A stretch of 64,000 nt of DNA from an uncultured bacterium (GTDB lineage: Bacteria > Patescibacteriota > Minisyncoccia > UBA6257 > GWB1-50-10), in the NCBI GenBank assembly GCA_963713955.1, contig OY970216.1, positions 570,252 through 634,251 of the forward strand, read 5' to 3'. The notes below the pieces were generated by a model, which made no database searches, had not been told where the DNA came from, and saw nothing but the letters and a program-made list of their open reading frames with translations. A program made the position numbers and the translations under genes. Numbering within the stretch: the first letter of the stretch is position 1; each line of letters begins with the position of its first letter. Below are positions 29,247 to 39,417 of the stretch, in pieces.

Positions 29247-30050
29247 TTATACTACGCTTTCCGCGCTGTAGCGGGCAATGAGACCAGTCTTGATAGCTTT
29301 CCGATAGATACTCAAGAACAGGAGATACGCGAGGATGATGTAAACGGCGGACAACGCCAAGCCGCCGATAAGTGTCGGTACCGAGAGCGGCCCACCCTCA
29401 ATGAGCGCTCGGACGCCCGCGAAAACGTATGACGGTGGGAGAAGCCAGCCCACATGCTGCATCCAGAGCGGAAGAACGCTCAACGGATAGAAAACGCCGA
29501 CGAAAGGGGAAAGAAGTGCCGGGATAGGCCAAATGAACCACTCTGCTGACGGCCCCCACCGGAGGACGATGGAGATTCCCACGAGACCGAGGGCGATCCC
29601 AAAGAGGAAGAGGATTAGAACGAAAAGAGCGAGGAATGCGCCGTAAACGGCCATGGAAAATCCGAACGCTAAGCTCGCCAAAAAGAGCATCACGACAAGC
29701 GCGAGAATACTTCGGCCGATACTCACAAAAACCAAGCCGCTCACGTATTCGGACACCCGGAGCGGAGAAGCAAAGATATTCAAGAAATTCCGCGACCAGA
29801 CGTCCTCAAAGAAGAGCATCGTTACACCTTGCATTGCTTGCGTCGAAAAATCCCAGAGGAGTACCGCCCCGATGAAAACTGCCATGAAGCTGAAACCGCT
29901 GCCCGTCATGCCCGCCAAGTACTTGCTGATGAAACCCCAAAGCGTGATGTCGACGACGATCCAGATGAAAATCTGAATGAACCGCGTGCCGGTGCCACGG
30001 ATGAGGTAAACCTGGCGGAGAACGACGGCGTAAATTCTTTTCCAGTTCAT
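29247..30050 (-). CDS. ABC-2 type transporter permease
   Basis: About 6 TM helices, GVFYPLSVLP.W. Confidence 0.9.
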   Translation of the reverse strand: MNWKRIYAVVLRQVYLIRGTGTRFIQIFIWIVVDITLWGFISKYLAGMTGSGFSFMAVFIGAVLLWDFSTQAMQGVTMLFFEDVWSRNFLNIFASPLRVSEYVSGLVFVSIGRSILALVVMLFLASLAFGFSMAVYGAFLALFVLILFLFGIALGLVGISIVLRWGPSAEWFIWPIPALLSPFVGVFYPLSVLPLWMQHVGWLLPPSYVFAGVRALIEGGPLSVPTLIGGLALSAVYIILAYLLFLSIYRKAIKTGLIARYSAESVV

Positions 30051-30054
30051 GTGA

Positions 30055-30801
30055 TTATACCGATTCCAATATCAACGGCTCTCTCGCGACCGCGATGAAA
30101 AGCTCCTCGAGGTTTTTCTTGCCGTACTGGCGGGGAAGCTTTTTCGGGTCTCCTTCCATGAGGATTTCACCGTGGGAAAGAAAGAGCACCCGATCGCAAA
30201 CATCCGTCACCTCGTACATGTTGTGAGATGTCCAAAGGACACCCGCCGTATTCTTGGAAACGTAAGTTCGTATCTTCTCGCGGATGATTTCGGCCGTCGA
30301 AGGATCAAGGGAAGAAGTTGGTTCATCGAGAAGGAGAAGACTCGGATCGTTCAGCATCGTCTTCGCCAAATTTACCCTCGTCTGTTCGCCCGACGAAAGG
30401 ACGCCGTATTTAACGTCTCTGAACTGATCAAGATCAAAATCACCCATGACATCCTTTATCTTTTCTTTCAAATCACGCACGCCGTAGATGAGACCGAATA
30501 TCTTGAGATTCTGATACACCGTGAGGTTGCCCGGCAGCTGCGCGTAGACCGCGGCGAAGTTGGTTAAGGAAAGTGCTTCACTCCGGTCACTCGCAATGTC
30601 GCGTCCGCCGATCGTAACCGACCCCTTGGTGGGTTTCAAAACGCCGAGAATCATATCGATTGTCGTCGTTTTTCCAGCACCGTTCGGCCCCAAAAGCCCC
30701 ACGATCTCCTTCGAGTGCACGACGAACGAAACACCCCTTACGGCTTCGGTCTTGCCGTAATTTTTACTCAGATTTTCTACCTCCAATATGGAACTTGCCA
30801 T
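30055..30801 (-). CDS. ABC transporter ATP-binding protein
   Basis: GPNGAGKT, LSSGE, LLLDEP. Confidence 0.93.
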   Translation of the reverse strand: MASSILEVENLSKNYGKTEAVRGVSFVVHSKEIVGLLGPNGAGKTTTIDMILGVLKPTKGSVTIGGRDIASDRSEALSLTNFAAVYAQLPGNLTVYQNLKIFGLIYGVRDLKEKIKDVMGDFDLDQFRDVKYGVLSSGEQTRVNLAKTMLNDPSLLLLDEPTSSLDPSTAEIIREKIRTYVSKNTAGVLWTSHNMYEVTDVCDRVLFLSHGEILMEGDPKKLPRQYGKKNLEELFIAVAREPLILESV

Positions 30802-30979
30802 CTCAATGTTTCCATATTATCAGAACCGGCTTCATTTCCAAAGGGTAAAAAATAATCCGAAGGGTTACCCGCTCGACTTGACTCGGAACCCATATAAGTA
30901 TTTTAATCAAGGAAGAATCTTTCGGCAGAGTCTCGTAACTCGTAAAATGGATGTATTAACCAATAAAAAGAGGTGAACA

Positions 30980-31414
30980 ATGACACCGTCGTCGCAGGTT
31001 CTGGAAGAAACCGCCGTTGTTTCGCGGTGGTACTGGAAAACGGATTTTTCTGTATGCGAGAGGCCGCCCTCGTTTCAAATCGAACGGTCAGGCATTATGG
31101 AAGTCATTTCCGTAGCCTCCATGCGTGGATCAGAATTCAAGAAAGGGAGAATTCTCGTCACGGTCGGGCGCGATAAAATGGACGAAACGGAGGAGCACTT
31201 CGAAGAGGCATGCCTGATCGTTCTCACTTCCAACAACAAGATTCTCTCCGGCGTACACTTGGATTCTGGAGGTAACTTGGAATTCGAGTTTAACAGGGAA
31301 AGAGTGCGTGATGAGGATGCCGCAAAAGAGGTGTTCGTCTTCTCGAGATCAATGACTACTGGGGGTCGGGGAGAAACATCGACCCCAACTGAATTTTTGG
31401 ACCACGGCTTTTGA
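30980..31414 (+). CDS. Hypothetical protein
   Basis: RBS GAGGTG, upstream TTGACT promoter-like site, downstream hairpin ~31480-31513. Confidence 0.6.
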   Translation: MTPSSQVLEETAVVSRWYWKTDFSVCERPPSFQIERSGIMEVISVASMRGSEFKKGRILVTVGRDKMDETEEHFEEACLIVLTSNNKILSGVHLDSGGNLEFEFNRERVRDEDAAKEVFVFSRSMTTGGRGETSTPTEFLDHGF

Positions 31415-31576
31415 TACACAAAAGTCGTGGTCCTAAACATTTTTAGAGCCTACGTATGGAAGCTATCCCCAGAATCTATGGCTTCCCGCTCTCCCTAAGG
31501 AGAGCGGGAAGCCGAATTAAAGCCGCTTGGCCAGTTTGATATAATAAAAGAGTCGAAAAAAAACCTAACTAATTCT

Positions 31577-31906
31577 ATGTCCAAATCTTCAAAGTTCATT
31601 ATATGGGTCATCATCGCCGTCGTGGTCGTCGGCGGCGTGATCTGGCTCGCGGGTCGATCCAGCAATCCGACTCAGCCGACGACGGCGACGAACGGGGGAA
31701 CAAGCGCGCCGACAACCGGCAACACTCCGAACGCTCCGGAAAACGTTTCCGGCAACTCAAGCAGTCAGACACCGCCGACTGATACCTCAGATGCCGCTCT
31801 GAACCAGGATCTCTCAAACCTGGATAGCCAGCTGAACGGTCTCAACGCTGACGCATCCAGCGTCGACCAAAGCTTGAACGACCAGCCAGTCCCGCAAGGT
31901 CAATAA
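31577..31906 (+). CDS. Membrane-anchored low-complexity protein
   Basis: N-terminal TM, Thr/Pro/Asn linker, DLSNLDSQL tail. Confidence 0.75.
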   Translation: MSKSSKFIIWVIIAVVVVGGVIWLAGRSSNPTQPTTATNGGTSAPTTGNTPNAPENVSGNSSSQTPPTDTSDAALNQDLSNLDSQLNGLNADASSVDQSLNDQPVPQGQ

Positions 31907-31927
31907 AAGTCGATTAATCTAACTCAA

Positions 31928-32734
31928 ATGAAAAATCAAAAAGTAATCTCATTAGTGATCGTCCTTACCGCCCTCACGGCGTTCGGAAGCGCCTTGCTGG
32001 CTTTCGCCCAAACGACCACATCGGCAACCATGACTACAACGACCACCGGCGGCCGCAATCTCACACAAAGGCTCCAAAACATCGTGACCCGCGCCGACCA
32101 GGAAATCAATCGGCGGATCACGGCACTCGACAACCTAGCCTCGAAAATCAGCTCGATGACCAAGATATCCGACACGGAGAAAAGCAATCTCGCTTCATCT
32201 ACCGAAGCACAGATAAGCGAGATGAACGTCTTAAAAGCAAAAGTCAGCACCGATTCCGATTTAACTTCTCTTAAATCCGATGTTCAGTCAATCGCCAAAT
32301 CCTACCGCATCTACATGCTAATCATTCCGCAGGGGACCATAACGGCCGCGGCCGACCGCGTCATGGATGTGGCGAGTTCTGTACAGGCGATTGCCGTAAA
32401 ACTTCAATCGAGGATTTCCGAAGATCAATCCGCCGGCAAGGACGTAACGGCAATCCAACCGGCGCTTTCCGACCTGAACGCAAAGGTGAACGATGCCGAA
32501 ACGCAGGCGCAAGCCGCTACATCCGAGGTAACCGGCCTCACGCCTGATAACGGCAATACGACCCAAATGCAAGCGAACACCGCGGCGCTCAAAGACGCGC
32601 GCACAAAAATCCAAACCGCGATGAAGGATTTGCAAACCGCCCGCAAAGATGCCGGTACCATCGTGCAAGGACTGAAAGCGCTCGAAGGGAACGTTTCCCC
32701 GACAACGCCTCAAACGACGACACCCCAAAGTTAG
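31928..32734 (+). CDS. Secreted coiled-coil protein
   Basis: Signal peptide ending AFA-Q; long Ala/Thr/Gln helical body. Confidence 0.8.
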   Translation: MKNQKVISLVIVLTALTAFGSALLAFAQTTTSATMTTTTTGGRNLTQRLQNIVTRADQEINRRITALDNLASKISSMTKISDTEKSNLASSTEAQISEMNVLKAKVSTDSDLTSLKSDVQSIAKSYRIYMLIIPQGTITAAADRVMDVASSVQAIAVKLQSRISEDQSAGKDVTAIQPALSDLNAKVNDAETQAQAATSEVTGLTPDNGNTTQMQANTAALKDARTKIQTAMKDLQTARKDAGTIVQGLKALEGNVSPTTPQTTTPQS

Positions 32735-32795
32735 AAGCCGAATTATTCTCTAACAAAAACACCCGCCAGAAGCGGATGTTTTTTCAGGGATTGAG

Positions 32796-32993
32796 TTAGG
32801 CGCGCCGCACGTTCGTGGCAGCCGGGCCCTTGTCGGTATTGACGATCTCGAAGGCAACGGCATCGCCGACCTTCAAATCATCAAATGTGACTCCCTGCAA
32901 CTCCTTGGAGTGAAAGAAGAGATCCTTCGCCTCGCCTTCGCGAGAGATGAAACCGAATCCTCGATCCATGAGTTTTGCAATTTTTCCGTCCAT
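32796..32993 (-). CDS. Cold-shock domain protein
   Basis: RGFGFI, DLFFH, KGPAATNV; shared terminator ~32755-32784. Confidence 0.95.
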   Translation of the reverse strand: MDGKIAKLMDRGFGFISREGEAKDLFFHSKELQGVTFDDLKVGDAVAFEIVNTDKGPAATNVRRA

Positions 32994-33199
32994 TTATTTG
33001 CTTACTTTATTCAGAAACTCGACGAGATTTCCTAATCGCATTGTCGTGATGGTATCAGATAAAAAGTATTTTGTCAAACAGCAATTGACTAATCGCTAAA
33101 TATAACTTATAATATAAGCCTAAAGCAGCACTGGGTTTTTTATTCCATTCCAGAAAGAAATAAAAAAATCCATTTGAAAACAGAAAAAAGGAGGTCTAA

Positions 33200-33448
33200 A
33201 TGCTACAAGGATGGCCGACGAAGGGGACAATGCGGAAATGGTCGGAAGAGAGGATAAAGGAGCTTATTGCTCAGTTCACTCCCACCGACCTTAGAAATTT
33301 GGGATCCATGCTCGCAAGGGATCTGAAGAAAAATCCTGAACAAATTCTTCTTTCCATTTTCGAGAGTTTGGGTCATGAGAAAAAGAATACCCAACTCCTG
33401 ATATGGATCAGCCTACCTAATAGGCAAGCTATGCCGTCAATTTTCTAA
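33200..33448 (+). CDS. Hypothetical protein (3' end probably chimeric)
   Basis: Strong RBS AAGGAGGT and promoter; 3' end overlaps a protease remnant. Confidence 0.5.
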   Translation: MLQGWPTKGTMRKWSEERIKELIAQFTPTDLRNLGSMLARDLKKNPEQILLSIFESLGHEKKNTQLLIWISLPNRQAMPSIF

Positions 33449-33575
33449 TGGTAAGTTTGTAGCGGTTGTCCCACGGCACGCGAAATCTGCCGCAACGCTT
33501 TTGGTTTGCGCCGCCGATGAAATCCACGTTGGTAATCTTAGTGAACTTGGACCGATAGATCCTCAAATTAATGAA
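33405..33575 (+). pseudogene. Internal fragment of an SDH-family (ClpP-fold) serine protease
   Basis: GSAYLIGKLCRQFSNGKFVAVVPRHAKSAATLLVCAADEIHVGNLSELGPIDPQINE; no start codon; ends next to the IS. Confidence 0.8.
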
Positions 33576-33602
33576 TGTAAAGACCTGTAAAGACCCCCAA
33601 AG

Positions 33603-34412
33603 TTAAGACACTTTTTCGACAAGTTTCTGGTAGCGATTCGAGAACAGTGCAGGCGGCATCCTGAGGGCGGAGTGGATTCTCCGGTGGTTGTAGTCCCAGA
33701 CCAGGCGATGGATCTCGTAGACCAGCTCTCCCAGCGATTTGAACCTCTCCGGATCGCCCAGATCCACCTTGAACTGGGAGTAGAAGGACTCCTGGTAGCC
33801 GTTCTCCCATGGCGATGACTTCCTCGATCTCGATATCCTGACGCCGAGGTTCAAAAGAGCTCCGGTGAAGATCCTTGAGCCATACTCCCTTCCGTTGTCC
33901 GAGTGGAAGATGTTGGGTCTCGGATGATGTTCCGCCGCGGAGAAGAGTGCCTGGAGGACCAGAGGCACCGAGTGGGTATTCATCACGGCCCAGCCCACGA
34001 TCTCCCTCGCAAACAAATCCATCACGGTGGCGAGATACAGGAACTTCCCTTGGTACGGGATGTACGTGAAGTCCGCCACCCAGATATCGTTCAATCCTTT
34101 GGGGAAGTTCTTCTGAAGGAGATTGGGATACAGGATACTCGAGAAGCCCGTTTTCCTTGGCCTTCTGCCCCTTCTCCGATATGCCTTCATCCCGAAGAGC
34201 CTCATCACCCGTTGGGCTCTTTTTTTGTTGATCTTGAGCTCCAAAGCCACTCTTCTGAAGCCGTATGAAGGATGGTCTCTCAAGACTGATATGATCCTTT
34301 CCTTGAGCGACCAATCCTTGGGCGATTGTTTCGAGACATAGTAGAGGGAGGCGCGGGAGAGGCCGAGTTCACGGGCAAGTTCCCACTTCGTCTTCTTCTG
34401 CTTTTTGATCAA
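33603..34412 (-). CDS. IS3 transposase OrfB
   Basis: WVADFTY, FHSDNG, ENGYQESF. Confidence 0.93.
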   Translation of the reverse strand: MIKKQKKTKWELARELGLSRASLYYVSKQSPKDWSLKERIISVLRDHPSYGFRRVALELKINKKRAQRVMRLFGMKAYRRRGRRPRKTGFSSILYPNLLQKNFPKGLNDIWVADFTYIPYQGKFLYLATVMDLFAREIVGWAVMNTHSVPLVLQALFSAAEHHPRPNIFHSDNGREYGSRIFTGALLNLGVRISRSRKSSPWENGYQESFYSQFKVDLGDPERFKSLGELVYEIHRLVWDYNHRRIHSALRMPPALFSNRYQKLVEKVS

Positions 34413-34666
34413 CGCTTTTTTTGAGTGCGTGAGGAGGCCAGGGTGAGCTCGCCCACGAGGGCGAGGAGCTCTTCGTTCTGGCGCTTGAGGCGGACGAGTT
34501 CACCGATCGTGGGGGTGCCTTTCACGCCCCTTCCCAGCCAGTTGTATATGGTGGCGGGATTCAGACCGTGTTCCTTGGCGGCCTGGACGACCGGGATCCC
34601 TTCCTCCTTGATTCTCTTCAATATCTGCTCCTTCACCTCGGGAGCAGTGCGATATGTTTTCTTCAT
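34409..34666 (-). CDS. IS3 transposase OrfA
   Basis: HTH; homologous to element A OrfA. Confidence 0.9.
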   Translation of the reverse strand: MKKTYRTAPEVKEQILKRIKEEGIPVVQAAKEHGLNPATIYNWLGRGVKGTPTIGELVRLKRQNEELLALVGELTLASSRTQKKR

Positions 34667-34862
34667 GACACAAGGGTATATTGACTTCGACCTTTGTGTC
34701 TAATATATGGGGGTCAGGCCATTCATGACAAATTCATTATATCATAGCTATCTCCCTGTCAACAGTTCTTCTTCCCGTAACTTGTCCAGGAAAAAAGTTC
34801 GAACATCGTCCACTACTGCGTTGTGCATAATTTTATCGGAGAATTATTGTATAATTACAGTT

Positions 34863-35714
34863 ATGAATGCTTACGAGCGTCTTAAAATGCCAATCGTATT
34901 TTGCACGGCGGTTGTTGTCTTTATTCTGCTCTTATTCGTAATCCCCCCGAAGTTTATATCTCCCGATTTAGGAAACACCGTTTTAACAATTTCCACATTT
35001 CTTTTTGGAATTATCGCTGGATTCTTTATCGTCGTTACCACAACTGATTACAACACACTTAAAAATCTTGCAGCCTCAGAAACGGGTGGGCTTATTGCCC
35101 TCCATCAGGATGTTCTTATGTACGATAAAAGTTCTGCCACCCGCTTAGAGGAGTTGATTGATGGATATATCCGGAACGCCTTTGACACGGAACTCATTAA
35201 CTCTGCGCAGCACGTCACTCCCGATTTCGATCAAATTAAAAAATTGGCTCGAGAACTTCCTATAAAACAGGAACTCTCTTCGATCCTGCAAGAGATCCGA
35301 ATCACGATGGATGACCTTATTAAGGTCCATCAGGATGAGATTGTATTAGAAACCCGAACCGTGTCTGCATTCCAATGGTTCGTCTTAATCATTCTTTCGG
35401 CCCTCCCCATTGTAACTATGTACGGCTTGAGAACAGGAGGGTTATTTTTTGATATCGTAACCGTCGCTTTTTCGAGTATGGTGGTATTGATCTTATTAAT
35501 CATTCGGGCCATCGATCTCTATGTCTGGAATGAAGAAACGTTTAGTTTCGATATTTATGAAGAAGTGTTGAAATCTATTGGTAAACTTCCCTATTACCCC
35601 AAGGAGTCAATCGAAAAGAGAAGAGTCCATCCTCGAGAAAATGAATATCGTGTTGGTGTATTAGATCCAATTTCACAAAACATGAGGCGGAAGATTGAGA
35701 TAGTTAAAAAATAA
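34863..35714 (+). CDS. Membrane protein (DUF4239/bestrophin-like)
   Basis: 2+2 TM architecture with a helical middle; TATAAT just upstream of ATG 34863. Confidence 0.65.
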   Translation: MNAYERLKMPIVFCTAVVVFILLLFVIPPKFISPDLGNTVLTISTFLFGIIAGFFIVVTTTDYNTLKNLAASETGGLIALHQDVLMYDKSSATRLEELIDGYIRNAFDTELINSAQHVTPDFDQIKKLARELPIKQELSSILQEIRITMDDLIKVHQDEIVLETRTVSAFQWFVLIILSALPIVTMYGLRTGGLFFDIVTVAFSSMVVLILLIIRAIDLYVWNEETFSFDIYEEVLKSIGKLPYYPKESIEKRRVHPRENEYRVGVLDPISQNMRRKIEIVKK

Positions 35715-35794
35715 GCTGTTTTCAATAATCTATTAACAAAATCGTTCGAACTTCGTCCACTGCTGCGCATGCCAAGAGTGTTATAATAAAAGAT

Positions 35795-35977
35795 ATGAAG
35801 AAATATCCTCTTTGGATTTATGTCGTGGGTGTCGTCGTTGTACTCGCAATCGTTAACTACATTGTGTGGCTCAGGGGCGGCACAGGCGAGTTTGAAGCGG
35901 TAAAGATACTTTCATTGGGATTCTTGCTGGGGATGCTCGCGATGTATATCGCCGTGCATATTTACCGGTACAAATAG
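35795..35977 (+). CDS. Small two-TM membrane protein
   Basis: 60 aa; TGnTATAAT leaderless-type promoter. Confidence 0.65.
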   Translation: MKKYPLWIYVVGVVVVLAIVNYIVWLRGGTGEFEAVKILSLGFLLGMLAMYIAVHIYRYK

Positions 35978-35990
35978 GGGGCTTCTTTCG

Positions 35991-37409
35991 TTACAGAAGC
36001 CCATCGGTGTGATTCGCGATCGTGCCGGCGCCCATCATGACGACGACGAACTTCGGCGTTGCACCCTTCGCGCCTCTCGCGGAGAAAGGATGCATAATAT
36101 CATGAAGAACCTTTGGGAGCTTTTGGTAGTCGCGGCAAAACGTGACGTTCAGGTTCTTATTCAAACGTTCCACTCTCTTCGCCAAACTCTCAGATGTGTA
36201 CGCTTTACTTATCTTATCCCGTCCGGCCACTTTATACGTCGGCATGAGGATGAGGTAATCGGCTTTGTCGAACGCGGTCGTGAATTCCCTGAAAAGATTC
36301 TGCAAGCGCTTCGCCTGATGTGGCTCGAAAACGCAGATTATTTTATGGTTGGGGAACTTCTCGCGGAAGGCGGAAAGCGTCGCATCGATCTCCGTCGGAT
36401 GGTGAGCGTAGTCGTCGTAGACGGGGACCTTGGTTTTCTTACGCCATTTGACCGAGCCGATTTTCATTTTTCTCACGTTCAAGTCGCCGCGGTACTCAAA
36501 CCGGCGCCAGGCGCCCTCGTAACCGTGGAGGGCTGCAAGGGCGAGATCTTCGCCTATGCCGAGTTCCCTCGCGAGGACGAGAACGGCAAGGGCATTCATC
36601 AAATTGTGTTCGCCGGGAATCAAGAGAGTTTTTTTGAGCTTGGATTTTAGATCCGGACGATCGGCGAGCGAATACCAAACAACATTCACGGATTTTTCCC
36701 TCGCCGCCCTTTCGATTTCTTTTTTGAGCTTCAAAAGATTCCCGTTGTCCTTGTTCACAAAGAGCGTCCCGCCGAGTTTCATGTTACCTATGAACTTCAG
36801 GAAAGACTTTTCAACATTCTCGAAACTTTTATAGAAATCCAAGTGTTCCTTGTCGATATTCGTGATGATGGTGAAAGTAGGGGAGTAGTTCAGGAAGGCG
36901 GCTTTCCATTCGTCGGCTTCGAGGACGAGATAATCCTTCCGCCCCAGGCGGAAGTTCGTGTCGCCGAACTCCTTGAGCTTGGTGCCGACAATAACCGTCG
37001 GATCAAATCCGGCTTTCATTAAAACCAAAGACAAGAGGGAAGTGGTTGTGCTCTTCCCGTGGGCCCCGGCGACGGCGAAGGTCTCGTATCCTCGGGTAAG
37101 CTCTCCCACAGCCTCCGGGTAGGAGTAAACGGGGAGGCCTCGCTTCCGGGCCTCCAGAAGCTCCGGATTCCCGCCCGGGATGGCATTATTATATACAACC
37201 AGGCCTATTTTCCTCTCCAGATTGCCCTTTTTATGGCCTATTTTGACCTTTATGCCATCTTTCTTGAGTTCCTGGGTTATTTTACTCTCAGCCATATCGG
37301 AGCCAAAAACAGCCCAATTCTGGGCCTTGAACCACCTGGCGAGGGAGCTCATACCGATGCCCCCGATACCTATGAAATAGACGCTTTTTTCATTGATGTG
37401 GTCGAACAT
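35991..37409 (-). CDS. murC: UDP-N-acetylmuramate--L-alanine ligase
   Basis: FIGIGGIGMS, GAHGKSTT, EADE, DDYAHHP, MGAG; likely start MFDH at 37409. Confidence 0.95.
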   Translation of the reverse strand: MFDHINEKSVYFIGIGGIGMSSLARWFKAQNWAVFGSDMAESKITQELKKDGIKVKIGHKKGNLERKIGLVVYNNAIPGGNPELLEARKRGLPVYSYPEAVGELTRGYETFAVAGAHGKSTTTSLLSLVLMKAGFDPTVIVGTKLKEFGDTNFRLGRKDYLVLEADEWKAAFLNYSPTFTIITNIDKEHLDFYKSFENVEKSFLKFIGNMKLGGTLFVNKDNGNLLKLKKEIERAAREKSVNVVWYSLADRPDLKSKLKKTLLIPGEHNLMNALAVLVLARELGIGEDLALAALHGYEGAWRRFEYRGDLNVRKMKIGSVKWRKKTKVPVYDDYAHHPTEIDATLSAFREKFPNHKIICVFEPHQAKRLQNLFREFTTAFDKADYLILMPTYKVAGRDKISKAYTSESLAKRVERLNKNLNVTFCRDYQKLPKVLHDIMHPFSARGAKGATPKFVVVMMGAGTIANHTDGLL

Positions 37410-37685
37410 GGAACTAGGGATTAGGGATGCGAGATATAGAAGGACTAACAAGCTATAGGATACTCCGGAAAAGGCAGAAATTCCAGAGGGTTGTCATAAT
37501 AAGAGGCGACAGAGTGATCCTGCCGCCTTTTCTCCAGCTTACCACCTGTCGCACAATGACTCTTTTACGCTAGATGTACCCAATGTGAAATATAACATAA
37601 TACTAATGGATCAGAGCATGCCCTTCTCGCGATTTCCGAAGACAACCGCGAAAAAGATTCTCCACTACGAATTTTTCCGATCCGA

Positions 37686-38066
37686 TTACAAGTGAGAAAG
37701 ACCCACCTGAAGAAGTTTTATGATAATCTCCCAAATCCAGATGATGAGATTGACTACGGCTTTGATGATGTCCGAAAGACTCACACCGGTATTTGCCGCG
37801 AACCAATTGTTCAGACTTTGCCACAAATTGCCCAGTTGATTCAGAATGTCGCCCCCGTTAATGTTAACGGAGCTTGGTGGGCCGCCCGCCGTGTTGAGCG
37901 AGCCCCCAGGCGTATTATTTATGTTTATCTTACTTAACGTATTCAAAAGATCGTTGACCGGCTGGGGTAGATTCTGCTGCGAAACATTCGGCACGGACGA
38001 CTGAGCTCCCGCCGCGAACGGCACCAAGGTTAAGAGCACCGCCGCAATCGCTAATTTTTTATTCAT
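37686..38066 (-). CDS. Hypothetical secreted/membrane protein
   Basis: Signal peptide, Asn-rich, amphipathic C-terminus. Confidence 0.75.
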   Translation of the reverse strand: MNKKLAIAAVLLTLVPFAAGAQSSVPNVSQQNLPQPVNDLLNTLSKININNTPGGSLNTAGGPPSSVNINGGDILNQLGNLWQSLNNWFAANTGVSLSDIIKAVVNLIIWIWEIIIKLLQVGLSHL

Positions 38067-39417
38067 GTAGTGTAAATCCCGTATCCGGCAAATAACCCAT
38101 TGGATCTACCGTGACTCCCACCGGTACCAGGCCATTTGCCGGGGGTATTGATTTAAGCTCAAGCTCGGGTGTGTAATAGACTCCAAGATGAAGATGAGGT
38201 CCGAAAGCGTAGCCAGTATTCCCGGAATAGCCTATGAGCTCTCCCCTCTTTATTATATCACCCACCTTTACAACTTGGCGAGAAAGATGTGCATAAAGTG
38301 TCGTGAGGTTATTTTCGTGGTTTATCAATATGTATTTACCGTACTGGTACCGCCTCCACCGGGACGTCCCCTTGTCGTTGTTATCAGCCCTTAGCACCAC
38401 CCCATCGGCAGCCGCATACACTGGCGTGCCGATACTGACGCCGAAATCGACGCCGGTGTGGAAATCGGTTTTGTAAGCTCTCTCGGCAAACTTGGTATAT
38501 CCATACCCCTGCGTAATGATCACATTTTCAACTGGGAAGGACAAAGTGCTGTGTATTTCCGAAGGTAAGAGCTTGGGATTGAATGAAGCCCGTAACTTGC
38601 TTTCTATCCCTTCTATGACTTGCGATATCTCGAGTTGCTGTTCATCGAGCTGATCCATCTGGCTTTGATAAACCTGTTCCTGATTCTTCGTCTCGGTGAG
38701 GACGGCGTTTTTCTCCTGCTTCTGATCCTGCAAGATGTTTTGGGTATTGGCCAAGTTGATTTCTTCCGCCTGCTTTTGCTGTTTTTGCTGGCTTGCCTCG
38801 GTTACTTTCTGTCCCAACGAATCCTGGAGATCGGCGAGCTCGGACAAACTGTCGACGAGCGATTTGTTCAAAAGATACGCCGAGTTGGTTTTGCTGACCG
38901 AATCCGACAGGGTGTCACTGCCAAGAATCGTAAAGAGCGGGCTTTCATTGTCCGCTTGTTCCACCTCGACCATCAGCTTCGCGATGACTTGCTTCCGCTG
39001 GGTTATTTCATCCTGTATACTCGCGATACTTTCATTCGACGATTGTATCTCGAGGCCGAGTTCTTGCGACGTGAGTTGATTCGCCTGTATCTGGAGGTTC
39101 AGTTGGGAAATCTGATAATTCAGACTCTGGACTTCCTGACTCAGTGAACTTTTAGACTGGCCTATCGCGTCGAGTTTGTCCTGCAGGGCCTGCTTTTGAG
39201 CTTCTATCTGCTTCATCTCCTGGCTTTTCTGCTCTATCATCTGCTGTAATGTCGTGACGTCGGTCGTCGTCGCGGACGACGTGGCGCTCGACGCCGCGGC
39301 GCTTTGGGAAACGGTTTGAGCTTTGACCCGCCCCGCGAGTGCCGGCAAAAAAGCGATCAGCAAGAATGTCAAGAGGATCCCGCTGGGACAAAAAAATGTA
39401 AGGCTACTCTTATTCAT
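38059..39417 (-). CDS. Coiled-coil M23 peptidase (EnvC/MepM-like)
   Basis: HTGVD, YAHL, GPHLH; long coiled coil. Confidence 0.92.
   Translation of the reverse strand: MNKSSLTFFCPSGILLTFLLIAFLPALAGRVKAQTVSQSAAASSATSSATTTDVTTLQQMIEQKSQEMKQIEAQKQALQDKLDAIGQSKSSLSQEVQSLNYQISQLNLQIQANQLTSQELGLEIQSSNESIASIQDEITQRKQVIAKLMVEVEQADNESPLFTILGSDTLSDSVSKTNSAYLLNKSLVDSLSELADLQDSLGQKVTEASQQKQQKQAEEINLANTQNILQDQKQEKNAVLTETKNQEQVYQSQMDQLDEQQLEISQVIEGIESKLRASFNPKLLPSEIHSTLSFPVENVIITQGYGYTKFAERAYKTDFHTGVDFGVSIGTPVYAAADGVVLRADNNDKGTSRWRRYQYGKYILINHENNLTTLYAHLSRQVVKVGDIIKRGELIGYSGNTGYAFGPHLHLGVYYTPELELKSIPPANGLVPVGVTVDPMGYLPDTGFTLHE

Larger units (their letters stand above)
33586..34721 (-). mobile_element. IS3-family element B (1136 bp)
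   Basis: TIRs TGGCCTGACCCCCATATATTAGACAC / TGTAAAGACCCCCAAAGTTAAGACAC; A7G slippery site 34415-34422; related to element A. Confidence 0.93.
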
